Assembly: GCA_963921285.3 (NCBI GenBank)
Contig: CAWUFD020000006.1
Location: 11,795 to 75,794 of the forward strand
From: Pseudomonadales bacterium
GTDB taxonomy: Bacteria > Pseudomonadota > Gammaproteobacteria > Pseudomonadales > Azotimanducaceae
Reading direction: 5' to 3'
Length of the DNA: 64,000 nt
A program made the position numbers and the translations under genes. This document shows, one piece after another, positions 8,955-18,042 of this stretch. The notes beneath the pieces are model-generated. The model was not told the DNA's origin and searched no databases. It saw nothing but the letters and a program-made list of their open reading frames with translations. Within the stretch, counting starts at the first letter, position 1. Each line of letters begins with the position of its first letter.

Positions 8955-10658
8955 CTATTCATCTTCATGTGGTCTTTCTTCGGCGGGGTACACAAACTCA
9001 GTGCCGTTCAGAATCCCATCACAGATCAGATCAAGCCCAAGGCATTTATCAGGAAGAAGTTCATCAACCCGCGTTATACCCAACGCGAAGGCCATGTTGT
9101 TTTTCGTCTTCTCTACGATAGGCAGGAAGATGCCGCGACGGTAAAAAAAGTGATACGCGTATTTTCTAGCTTCGTGAATCGTTTCAGCGTCCATGCGCTG
9201 ATTAATCGGCAACTTGTCCAGGATCTGGAAGTATTCTTCCTTGGAACTGGCATCCATTGTCAGTCCCTTGTTACGTATCCATGCTTCACCAGCCACAATT
9301 ACCGGCACGCCTCTCGCTGTCAGCTCTACTCCGGTTTTCGTACCATACACAAGCACACTATCGCAGGCTTGCATGATGGCGTACGTGCTTATTTTGCTCT
9401 CAGGTGGAACAAGAAAAATATTGGGCGGCAGTTCTGGAAAGACCTTTCCAATTTCGGCTAACAGGGGTTGCCTTGATTTGCTGTAGCGTTTGACCTCGGC
9501 AGGATGAGCCCGGACAATCAATTGCAGTTCGGGTCGCTGAGCAAAATACCTGACTGTTTCGATAGCCCATTCAATCAAATTCGTAAAGGCATTAGCGGGA
9601 TAATGCAACTGGGCATCCCAAACCACATTAGGAAGTAAGCCAATAGTCGGCTTGGAAAAATCAATACCCATTTCCTGAACTGCAAACTCAAGTGATGGAT
9701 TAGCGTTTTCATTGAACTGCTGCCAATCCCGTGACCCTTCTTCACGACTGTACAGATATTCCATGACCTGTTCTTCCAGCTGAGGGGTCAGTTCGAGCGA
9801 TTTCCAATTAGAAACTGGTTCGTTCATCAACATGTGATGATAAGTATCGTAATGTGTGAAGATGAATCTTCTTGAGCGGTAGGCAGTGTTCCAGTTCACA
9901 ACACCTACGCCTTTTTTCCTTGCGACGGCACCCAGGACACCATGTGGTATGTAGATTCCGTGGTAAAACACGGTTTGCTCAAACCCACCTTGATCCAGCA
10001 AATTGTTCATTGCATACATCGTCAGCAAGGCAGACTTCAGGTATCTTCTCAATATGGGGTCAGCGTAGTCCTGGCTTTGAAGGTCACCGGTACAATAGAA
10101 CCTAAGCGCGCCTGATATCGCGTGTTCACCAATTGGGAGGCCCTCGTACTCAAACGTTGCGATGTCTTCGTAGGCAATCGTGTCAACGAGGTCATCAATT
10201 TTTTTGAGCTCGTCCTGAGTTACAAACTCACTATAGGTGTTAACTTTCAGACCCAGGTCAGTGTACATTTGTCTGGAATAGGTGTAACAACCTACGCAGC
10301 TTTTTATCCCCTGAGGTCCCGAAGTGGCAAACTGCTTAAGATTGCCAACCTGTCCGAACTCAGTTTTAGCGCAACCGGGTAAAGATTCATCACATAACAT
10401 GACCTCAACATTAGCACCACGAAGTGTTAGTGCGACGGCCAGCATGCTCTCGATGATATTTCCGCTTCGATGGGCACCAACACTGGTGGCGATAAGAACT
10501 TTTTTGCCGCTTGCAGCAGACTTTTTCGCCGTTTCCCAAAGCTCCCTGTCCGGTGCCACCAACGCCCGCCAGTCCGGATAAGGGCCCATACGAAATCTGG
10601 TTCTGATTTCTTCTTTGATCTCTACCGGTAAGTTCTTTTTGATGAATTCAACAATCAC
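8955..10658 (-). CDS. Large GT-B-like protein with an N-terminal Cys4 cluster and a KpsS/KpsC (Capsule_synth)-like C-terminal half. Candidate ulosonic-acid transferase
   Basis: 567 aa. Cys pattern is C89-x6-C96...C121-x2-C124. The region LLPNVVWDAQ...LQLIVRAHPAE...DSVLVYGTKTGVELTARGVPVIV resembles the capsule-synthesis family. It is a distant paralogue of 30584-32356 with the same architecture. Confidence 0.4.
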   Translation of the reverse strand: MIVEFIKKNLPVEIKEEIRTRFRMGPYPDWRALVAPDRELWETAKKSAASGKKVLIATSVGAHRSGNIIESMLAVALTLRGANVEVMLCDESLPGCAKTEFGQVGNLKQFATSGPQGIKSCVGCYTYSRQMYTDLGLKVNTYSEFVTQDELKKIDDLVDTIAYEDIATFEYEGLPIGEHAISGALRFYCTGDLQSQDYADPILRRYLKSALLTMYAMNNLLDQGGFEQTVFYHGIYIPHGVLGAVARKKGVGVVNWNTAYRSRRFIFTHYDTYHHMLMNEPVSNWKSLELTPQLEEQVMEYLYSREEGSRDWQQFNENANPSLEFAVQEMGIDFSKPTIGLLPNVVWDAQLHYPANAFTNLIEWAIETVRYFAQRPELQLIVRAHPAEVKRYSKSRQPLLAEIGKVFPELPPNIFLVPPESKISTYAIMQACDSVLVYGTKTGVELTARGVPVIVAGEAWIRNKGLTMDASSKEEYFQILDKLPINQRMDAETIHEARKYAYHFFYRRGIFLPIVEKTKNNMAFALGITRVDELLPDKCLGLDLICDGILNGTEFVYPAEERPHEDE

Positions 10659-12403
10659 AAATTTTTCTCTTCTGGAATCAAAATCGCATCCACGACCATT
10701 TCTTCTTCTGGTAGTTCTCCGATTGCTGACGATATCAACTCACCGTCTTTGAAATAAAAAAGCCTATAACCATCATCTAATAAGGGCTTCAGGATATCCT
10801 CGGAGGACTTCCCTGAAATAGCCTGTGTAAACTGGTTGATCTCAATCTGAAATATCGGTCGGTTTTTTTCTATCGTCTTTTTCGCCCCCGATAGAACCGC
10901 CCACTCATGTCCTTCAACATCTATTTTTACAAAATCCAACTTGGGAATCTGTTCACTGTCAACAAACTCATCCACCGTAAAAAACTCCGCCTCCTGTGCT
11001 GATTTTTTGTTTGTGGAATAGACTGATGACAGACTCGGCCTATCCAGACCAACTTTGTTTCCATACCACTCGTGCTGATCTGGGTCAGGTGGTGAAATCA
11101 ACAAACTTTCATGCTTATCAGAAAAGCCCTGATTGAAAGCCTGCACGTTTCCAAGACTATTATTTTCGATATTCTGGCAAAGAAAATCATAACTCAGCTT
11201 TATAGGTTCGAATGAGTAGACCTTACTGTCCGGAATTCTGGAATAGAACATAGAATTTCTTCCGATCGACGCCCCAATGTCGAAGATCACGGGAGACTGC
11301 CTACCCCTTTCATCCAAAACTTCCGAGACCTTTCTGACTTCGGTTTTGAGCTTTTCCAGGTCCCCGCCAAAAAAGAGGTATTGAACAATACCGTGCACGG
11401 AAGCATCCCGAAAAACAAAACCATCCATCGTTATCTCATTATAGTTAGCCCCACCCTTGGTGAGCAGCATCACGGATGCCTTTTTGAAGTTATAAGTCGT
11501 CCCGAAGTACAACTTTTTCAGAAACGCTTTCAGTGGTTTGAGCATAGCTTTAATTTTTTCAAGCCTCCCCGTCTTCGGCATCCTGGACGGATCTTTGTTT
11601 ACGATTCCGTTCTCTGTGTACTCTTTGTTCGAATGGTCGATTGTATACAAATTCGAAATCCCCCCTGCCAGCTTGATCTGTTCTTTTGCTTCCGGTGACT
11701 TTCTCCGTTTCCACATGAATTCTTTGTAGGCTTTCTGATCAACAATTCTCGGCGGAGAGTCGTTAGTGGCAAAGTGTTCATGGTGTTGGTGCACCACCAC
11801 TGTAGTCGGAGACAGATCAATCACGTCTGCACCCAGTCTGCGGGCTTCGTAGATTAACCAGTTGTCGAATGCGATACGACCGACAGTGAAATCTGGAATC
11901 TGCTTCCATAACCCTTTAGGAAAGACAAAATAATCAATCGAGGATCCAGGGCTAAGGCGACCTCTCTCTTTCACCTCTCTTCTGAGGTGTTCACACCAGT
12001 TACCCGAAAAAACATCCAGATCCTCTTCCAAGATCAAGTTCCATCGCTGCCCGACCATCAGAAAAGGCTTATCCTGATAAGCTTCAGCAACCTTCTGCAC
12101 TACCGGCATGAAGTCATCCAGAAACACGATATCCGCATTCACGTACATCAGGACATCATTTGAACCCAACGCAGCTCCTCGCTCGAATAAAGAAGCGAGC
12201 CTGGGCAACCCGGCTTTGAAGCTTATTTGATCATCGGTGTTAAATCCCAGACCCCGTGCCACATCAACTCCCTTCTCGTCAGCTGCAAAAATGTGAACAT
12301 CATTGTTCGGGGACAATTTACTCCAACTGAAAAAGGCGTTCTTCTGTATTCGCATAACTTCATCGTCATGCATCGGTTTCGGTGTGGAAAATATTGTGAG
12401 CAT
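10655..12403 (-). CDS. Fusion protein: N-terminal GT-A-like (glycosyltransferase-like) domain and C-terminal FkbM methyltransferase domain
   Basis: The N-terminus MLTIFSTPKPMH...IQKNAFFSW...MYVNADIVFLDDF belongs to a widespread uncharacterised GT-like family. The C-terminus has FDIGASIGRNS...VYSFEP...FVKIDVEGHEWAVLSGA (FkbM). A 4-nt overlap links it to the downstream gene. Confidence 0.6.
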   Translation of the reverse strand: MLTIFSTPKPMHDDEVMRIQKNAFFSWSKLSPNNDVHIFAADEKGVDVARGLGFNTDDQISFKAGLPRLASLFERGAALGSNDVLMYVNADIVFLDDFMPVVQKVAEAYQDKPFLMVGQRWNLILEEDLDVFSGNWCEHLRREVKERGRLSPGSSIDYFVFPKGLWKQIPDFTVGRIAFDNWLIYEARRLGADVIDLSPTTVVVHQHHEHFATNDSPPRIVDQKAYKEFMWKRRKSPEAKEQIKLAGGISNLYTIDHSNKEYTENGIVNKDPSRMPKTGRLEKIKAMLKPLKAFLKKLYFGTTYNFKKASVMLLTKGGANYNEITMDGFVFRDASVHGIVQYLFFGGDLEKLKTEVRKVSEVLDERGRQSPVIFDIGASIGRNSMFYSRIPDSKVYSFEPIKLSYDFLCQNIENNSLGNVQAFNQGFSDKHESLLISPPDPDQHEWYGNKVGLDRPSLSSVYSTNKKSAQEAEFFTVDEFVDSEQIPKLDFVKIDVEGHEWAVLSGAKKTIEKNRPIFQIEINQFTQAISGKSSEDILKPLLDDGYRLFYFKDGELISSAIGELPEEEMVVDAILIPEEKNL

Positions 12404-12496
12404 TGGCAGCGTTGTTCTATATCTTGAACGTGTTCAATCTAAATTAGTAAAGGGATATCATCTCAACGATAATGGAAGTGGATGGCTCGCTTTGAT

Positions 12497-14440
12497 TTAC
12501 TGACCTGAGCCAGTGACTCTGGTTAGAACTTTTTCCACCAGGCTCAGCGTATCCAGTCCATGAGCCTGCAGTACTTCATCGTTGGTTCCACAATATGGAA
12601 TATCAGACAAACCAAAACTCATAAATTCACTGAAAGATGTATCGATTGTAATTAGTGATGACGCAAGCTTCTCTCCAAAACCGCCACTCAGAAAGTGATT
12701 GTCGAGTGAAACTATGAACTGACACCCCGAGACAATCTGGCGAAGCCATTCTACGTCAAGGTAGTTTAACCATGGGACATTCACCACTTTAACTGTCATC
12801 CCTCCATGGCGCTTTTCAAAAGCATCTGCAAACTCTATAGCAGCGCTGAGCATGACCGGGCCATAGGCAAAAACGACGATGTCATCTCCATCTCTTACTG
12901 GGTAACCTTTTCCCCGTTCGAGAGGGCTGTCTGGAATATCGAAGTCAACAGCAACAGGAATACTGACCAATCGCATGTAAACGCTGTTCTCGGATTCTTC
13001 CACACACCAACGCAGCAACCTATCAACCTCTTGTTCACAACAAGGCTCCACGATATCAAGGCCTGGCACTGCCCCGAGTGAAGAAATATCTCTAACAGAT
13101 TGGTGAGAATGTCCGGGTCCTCCTGGTAAAACACCAGCAAGTGAACCCACGTAAATAATCTTGGTTCGTTCGGACGCGTTATTGTATATCTGCTCGTTGG
13201 GACGGGTTGAAAGGAAACAAGCAAAAGAGTGCACGACTGGTAAGTATCCATTCAGGGCCAACCCACCTGCCTGAGACACCATGTCTTGTTCGGCAATGCC
13301 ACACTCTATGAATCTCTCCGGAATCTGCTCTTTAAACGGAATCAGACCTGTGTCCAGCACGAGATCTGCATCCAGGGCCACGATTTCTTTATTTTCTTTG
13401 GCCAATGACAGCAGAGTTTCCGAATATGCACCGATCAGTTTCTGAGTTTCGCTGTTTTGAGTCTTATCTTCTGAGTCCATCGTTTCGACAAGCAATGGAC
13501 CAAGACCAGCTCCCACAACAAGTCCACTCGTCCTCTCAAAAAGTTCATCAAGAGCATCAAAATATGCACTTGATGATGGAGCGCCACTGTGGAACTGATA
13601 ATACTCATCTTCAGACTGGAGTGACGTATGTTCCATGAACGATACGCCTTTACCCTTGATGGTATCTGCGATAATCACTTTTGGCCCATCTTTCAGCTGT
13701 TTTAACTCCTCAATAGTCGCTGAAAGTACTTTGATGTTATTACCATCACACCTTCTTACGTGCCAGCCAAAAGATTGAAACTTACTTTCAAGATTACCTA
13801 GATCACTCACGTGCGAGACAAACGTATCTGACTGAAGTTTATTGTGATCAACAATAACCAACAGCTCATGAAAGTTACCGCTACTGGCCGTTACAAGAGA
13901 CTCCCAAAACTGCCCTTCCTGCAATTCTCCATCACCAGTGAGAACGATCACCCTTTTGTTTTCGCCGCGCAGTCTATTTGCCTGGATCATTCCCTTGGCC
14001 TTGGAAACCCCCATGCCTAGCGAACCTGTGTTTGTAACAACATGTTCGGTGGAAACATCGGGGTGACCGGGTAGTCCGGAAAGCTTTCTAAGTTGGTGGA
14101 TCAGAGCAAAGTCTAGTTTTTCCAGACCAATCAAAACGTTATATAACGCCGGCGCATCGTGTCCTTTGGAGGAAAAGAAAACGGCCTCATTTCCCTGTTT
14201 GTTTGTGTCCCAAACTTCGTTGAGAAACACCCACGACATAATGTCCATACTACTGAAACTTGTACCAATATGACCGGAACCTGCCTTCGCGATCATGTAC
14301 AACGTGTTTATTCTCGATAACTCTGCAAACAGCGTGGCTTTTTCAACAGGGTCAAGCTCACTGTCCAGTACTTTTCTAAATTCATCTTGAGAGATGTAGT
14401 TCAACTTCCCTTCTACAACCTTGCCAATTTGATCGCCCAA
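12497..14440 (-). CDS. Transketolase-family TPP enzyme, single chain (N-terminal and C-terminal sections fused)
   Basis: Contains GSGHIGTSFS and LTGDGELQEGQFWES (TPP/Mg site), then the pyrimidine-binding region FIECGIAEQDM and a C-terminal domain. 647 aa. Confidence 0.8.
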   Translation of the reverse strand: MGDQIGKVVEGKLNYISQDEFRKVLDSELDPVEKATLFAELSRINTLYMIAKAGSGHIGTSFSSMDIMSWVFLNEVWDTNKQGNEAVFFSSKGHDAPALYNVLIGLEKLDFALIHQLRKLSGLPGHPDVSTEHVVTNTGSLGMGVSKAKGMIQANRLRGENKRVIVLTGDGELQEGQFWESLVTASSGNFHELLVIVDHNKLQSDTFVSHVSDLGNLESKFQSFGWHVRRCDGNNIKVLSATIEELKQLKDGPKVIIADTIKGKGVSFMEHTSLQSEDEYYQFHSGAPSSSAYFDALDELFERTSGLVVGAGLGPLLVETMDSEDKTQNSETQKLIGAYSETLLSLAKENKEIVALDADLVLDTGLIPFKEQIPERFIECGIAEQDMVSQAGGLALNGYLPVVHSFACFLSTRPNEQIYNNASERTKIIYVGSLAGVLPGGPGHSHQSVRDISSLGAVPGLDIVEPCCEQEVDRLLRWCVEESENSVYMRLVSIPVAVDFDIPDSPLERGKGYPVRDGDDIVVFAYGPVMLSAAIEFADAFEKRHGGMTVKVVNVPWLNYLDVEWLRQIVSGCQFIVSLDNHFLSGGFGEKLASSLITIDTSFSEFMSFGLSDIPYCGTNDEVLQAHGLDTLSLVEKVLTRVTGSGQ

Positions 14441-14453
14441 AAGCGTCTCCCCT

Positions 14454-15224
14454 CTAGTTCACAGTGTTTGAATATGGTTCATTTTGAATCTCAGGCAGCA
14501 ATGTCGGATCCTTCGAAAGATACAATTCCGCAAGGACCCAATCCTCTGGACGGTTTATGTCGAACCCTTCCAAACCTTCAGACACAAATGGGATTATTGA
14601 CTGGCCAGCAATACTTCTGTGATCTGAAACTACCGAACATTTGGCTATCTCCAGACTTGCATTCTGCTCGTAAACTTCTGGAAGTGCAGCGTATTGGCTA
14701 CTATGCCAAGGCGTTCCGTTGTTCGAGAAAGGCAGTAACGGAACCATTCGATCACCGTTGATGACCCACATTTTCCCGGGATGCTGATTACATGGTTCTA
14801 CCGCTCTGATAGAGTCCGCCGCGGTATCAACGCGGATGACATCCCACGCCCGACATATGGCTGCAGGTAATCTGAATGGACTTGTGGGTCTCAAGATACT
14901 GAAATAGTCAACGCTTCTGTTTTCTTCCTCTAAAAACGAGAGCATCTGCTGTACCCACTCGATATCCGGAGAAGAGTCACCAGAGATATCAGGCGATCGA
15001 AGAAATGGCACCTCCGCGCCATAGTACTTGGCGATATCTGCGTACAACGGACTATCAGTCGCACAGATCACCGACTCAAACACCGCGCTTTGTAAAGCGC
15101 CCTGAATTGTATAGGCCAACAAGGGGTGTCCGTTCAACAATTTGATGTTTTTGTCAGGAACTCGTTTTGATCCCGATCTGGCCGGTACAAAAGCAACTAC
15201 CCTAGGGTCGAGAGTGTCCATCAC
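14454..15224 (-). CDS. Acylneuraminate/ulosonate cytidylyltransferase (CMP-NulO synthetase family)
   Basis: AFVPARSGSKRVPDKNIKLLNGHPLLAYTI is the CMP-NeuAc/CMP-Kdo synthetase N-terminal signature. The ATG at 15221-15219 overlaps the ALDH stop by 1 nt. The track start at 15224 is a GTG. Confidence 0.8.
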   Translation of the reverse strand: MMDTLDPRVVAFVPARSGSKRVPDKNIKLLNGHPLLAYTIQGALQSAVFESVICATDSPLYADIAKYYGAEVPFLRSPDISGDSSPDIEWVQQMLSFLEEENRSVDYFSILRPTSPFRLPAAICRAWDVIRVDTAADSIRAVEPCNQHPGKMWVINGDRMVPLLPFSNNGTPWHSSQYAALPEVYEQNASLEIAKCSVVSDHRSIAGQSIIPFVSEGLEGFDINRPEDWVLAELYLSKDPTLLPEIQNEPYSNTVN

Positions 15225-16681
15225 AAACTATCCCGTACCAGGATTGATATGTTCTTCAGTTCGGAATAAACGTCCAAGGCCTCTAACCCAGGTTCTCGCG
15301 TTCCGTTCCCTGAGCCGCCCACGCCGCCAAACGGCATATGAGGTTCGCTACCGTAGGTCCCAAAATTCACGTTGGCAACGCCCGCACGTACGCCATGGCA
15401 AAAAGCCATCGCCCTATCAATATTCTGCGTATGTATCGCAGCCGTCAGTCCGTAATCCGAATCGTTTACAGCCATCATCGCTTCATCAAAAGACCTGACG
15501 GCGTGGATGGTAGCTACAGGTCCGAATAGCTCTGTTGAATTGATTGTGGACTCCCTGGTCAGGCCCTCAATCAAGGTGGGTTGTACATAGTATCCAGACA
15601 GGTCGGACATTGCCGAAGTATCACTCCCCCCACACAGGACAACAGCCCCTGCGTTTTCCGCCTGTTCGAGCAATCCAAGGATTCTCTCCTGTTGTCTCTT
15701 GTTGATGACGGGACCTAAATCAGCGCCTCTGTGCGTGCCCAGAACAAGCGACTGCGCTTTTTTCACCAGTTTTTCGACAAACTCCTCGTAGACCGAATCA
15801 AACACAGTGAATCTACTGGCCGAAGCACATCGCTGACCAGCATTACTGAATGCTGACAATGATGCCCAATGCACGGCATTGTCTATGTCAGCATCATCAC
15901 ATACGAGAAATGGATTTTTGCCACCAAGTTCGAGTGATATTCTGGCGAGTCGCCTTCCAGCCACCTCAGCAATTTCTCGGCCTACCGAGGTCGAACCGGT
16001 GAAACTGATGACTGCGACTCTATCATCCACAACAAGTTCCCTGCCTGCCCTGTCACCCTGACCATGGATCACATTGAAAACACCGTCAGGTAAGCCAGCT
16101 TTCTGGAACAGACTACCCATGAGTGAACCCAGCGATGGGGCATCTTCAGATGCTTTTAGGATAGTTGAGTTACCGCAGATTAATGCAGGAAATGTTTTCC
16201 AGGCAATGTTGGCGATCGGCGTGTTTGCAGGAACAATCAGGGCAGCCACGCCTCTTGGCTCTCGGACACTCTGTACCCGTTTACCGGACATGGAGGACGT
16301 CAAGGTCCTGCCAAATAGCCTGCTCCCTTCCCCAGCGAAGTATTCAGCTTGAGCAATTGCGGCTCGAACTTCGCCTTCTGCGTCCTGAGGAGGTTTGCCG
16401 GTTTCACGAGCAACACACTCACTTAGTTCATCGACGCGCACCTTCATTTCTGCTGCGATCTCGAAAAGAATCTGTCCTCTTTCTACTGGCGTTGTCGCTG
16501 CCCAACCGGGAAACGCTCTGACCGCTACGCTGATAGCGTGATCAACATCCTGCTTCGTCGAATTGTAAATCAGACTTTGGAGCGCACCTGTATGGGGATC
16601 GTACTTCTCTAAATGATCCCCCTGCGTCGCTGACTCTTTGCCTTCAATCCAATTAGCAATGGTTTGATGATTCTCAGACAT
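15221..16681 (-). CDS. NAD(P)-dependent aldehyde dehydrogenase
   Basis: Motifs ELGGKNP and the catalytic Cys FSNAGQRCASASR. 486 aa. Confidence 0.9.
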   Translation of the reverse strand: MSENHQTIANWIEGKESATQGDHLEKYDPHTGALQSLIYNSTKQDVDHAISVAVRAFPGWAATTPVERGQILFEIAAEMKVRVDELSECVARETGKPPQDAEGEVRAAIAQAEYFAGEGSRLFGRTLTSSMSGKRVQSVREPRGVAALIVPANTPIANIAWKTFPALICGNSTILKASEDAPSLGSLMGSLFQKAGLPDGVFNVIHGQGDRAGRELVVDDRVAVISFTGSTSVGREIAEVAGRRLARISLELGGKNPFLVCDDADIDNAVHWASLSAFSNAGQRCASASRFTVFDSVYEEFVEKLVKKAQSLVLGTHRGADLGPVINKRQQERILGLLEQAENAGAVVLCGGSDTSAMSDLSGYYVQPTLIEGLTRESTINSTELFGPVATIHAVRSFDEAMMAVNDSDYGLTAAIHTQNIDRAMAFCHGVRAGVANVNFGTYGSEPHMPFGGVGGSGNGTREPGLEALDVYSELKNISILVRDSL

Positions 16682-16690
16682 GACTCAGAT

Positions 16691-17518
16691 TCAAATCGCG
16701 GTCCAACCGCCATCGATGACAAGGTTGGAACCAGTCATATACGCAGAAGATTCACTGGCCAGGAATAGCAACGCACCATTGTAGTCAGTTTCATTCGCCA
16801 TCCTCCCTATAGGGATCCTTTTGTTGTAAGCATCCAGAAAATCATCATCCTGATTGTTATAGACTCCAGCTATCGTAAGTGTATTTACTCGTACCCCGTC
16901 CCTGGCCCAATAGGTAGCAAGATATTTCGTCAAATTCAGAATTCCGGATTTTGATGCGGAATACGCAACAGGCTTAAAAAAAACTTCGCCTTTGTCTCTT
17001 CGGTACTGATAAATTGACTGATCAGGCGAGACCAAACCGTAAATCGAAGCAACATTCACTATCGATCCACTATTTCTAGCTGCCATCGATTTTCCATAAA
17101 CCTGGCAGGCCAGAAACACACCCTTAAGATTGACCGTCATCACCCTATCCCAGGATTCTTCAGGATAGTCCTCAAAATAACCAACTTCCTCTGCCGGTGC
17201 ATCAGGCGGCGAGTCTATACCTGCGTTGTTAATCAAGACGTCTGGCGAACCCAGTGCTGTTTCGACCTGCAGCAGTGAATTACTCAGAGAAGTCTTGCTG
17301 GTAACGTCTGCACGGCAGAAAATGAACTGGTTATCGTACTTTTCCCTGAGTCTTGTTGATCGTTCCGATTCACCTAGGTCCAATCCTGCTACGAGAGCAC
17401 CATGTTCGAGAAAGCAGTCTGCATAAACAGCCCCCATCTGGCCACTTACACCAGTGATTACGATGACCTTGTCTTGAATCGAAAACACGTTATCTACCCC
17501 TGTGATCGAGCCAAACAA
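16691..17518 (-). CDS. Short-chain dehydrogenase/reductase (SDR)
   Basis: Motifs ITGVSGQMG, NNAG and YSASKSG (YxxxK). An alternative GTG start at 17488 has AGGGG 9 nt upstream and would remove the 25-nt overlap with the phosphatase gene. Confidence 0.85.
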   Translation of the reverse strand: MFGSITGVDNVFSIQDKVIVITGVSGQMGAVYADCFLEHGALVAGLDLGESERSTRLREKYDNQFIFCRADVTSKTSLSNSLLQVETALGSPDVLINNAGIDSPPDAPAEEVGYFEDYPEESWDRVMTVNLKGVFLACQVYGKSMAARNSGSIVNVASIYGLVSPDQSIYQYRRDKGEVFFKPVAYSASKSGILNLTKYLATYWARDGVRVNTLTIAGVYNNQDDDFLDAYNKRIPIGRMANETDYNGALLFLASESSAYMTGSNLVIDGGWTAI

Positions 17519-18009
17519 ATAAGATCACACAACTCTCTGACGGCCCCATAGCCCCCCTGTCTGGCCGTAATATATTCCACGTGTGGATGAACCTCTGGGT
17601 AGGCATCTGCAACTGCAACTGGTACCCCAACCAGTTCAAAAGCAGGAATATCGTTGATGTCATTTCCTACGAACATGACGCGATCACTCGGGGTGTCGCA
17701 AACAGACATGATCTCCTTCAGTGTCTCAGCCTTGTCGTGCGCACCCTGCCAACAATCAATATTCAATTTCTTACACCGGACCGAAACTACTTTGTTCTGT
17801 TCGGTGGAAAGTACGGCGGTCTTCAGGCCAAGCTTGTGAATTCTGGAAATTCCCAAGCCATCACTACGCCAACATCGAACCGACTCTTCTCCGGTTTCGG
17901 ACACATACACTGAGTTGTCTGTAAAAACCCCGTCGAAGTCAAAAACTATCAGTTCGAGGCCACGAAGGAGATCAGCAGGTATACTATTTTCTCTGATGTT
18001 GGAAGGCAC
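17494..18009 (-). CDS. HAD-IIIA (C0) phosphatase, KdsC / NulO-9-phosphate phosphatase type
   Basis: Motifs FDFDGVFTDN (DxDGxxTD) and VGNDINDIP (GDxxND). 171 aa, the typical KdsC size. Confidence 0.8.
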   Translation of the reverse strand: MPSNIRENSIPADLLRGLELIVFDFDGVFTDNSVYVSETGEESVRCWRSDGLGISRIHKLGLKTAVLSTEQNKVVSVRCKKLNIDCWQGAHDKAETLKEIMSVCDTPSDRVMFVGNDINDIPAFELVGVPVAVADAYPEVHPHVEYITARQGGYGAVRELCDLICLARSQG

Positions 18010-18042
18010 TTGCGGATTCGTTGTCAGTTGTTCGGGATCCGT

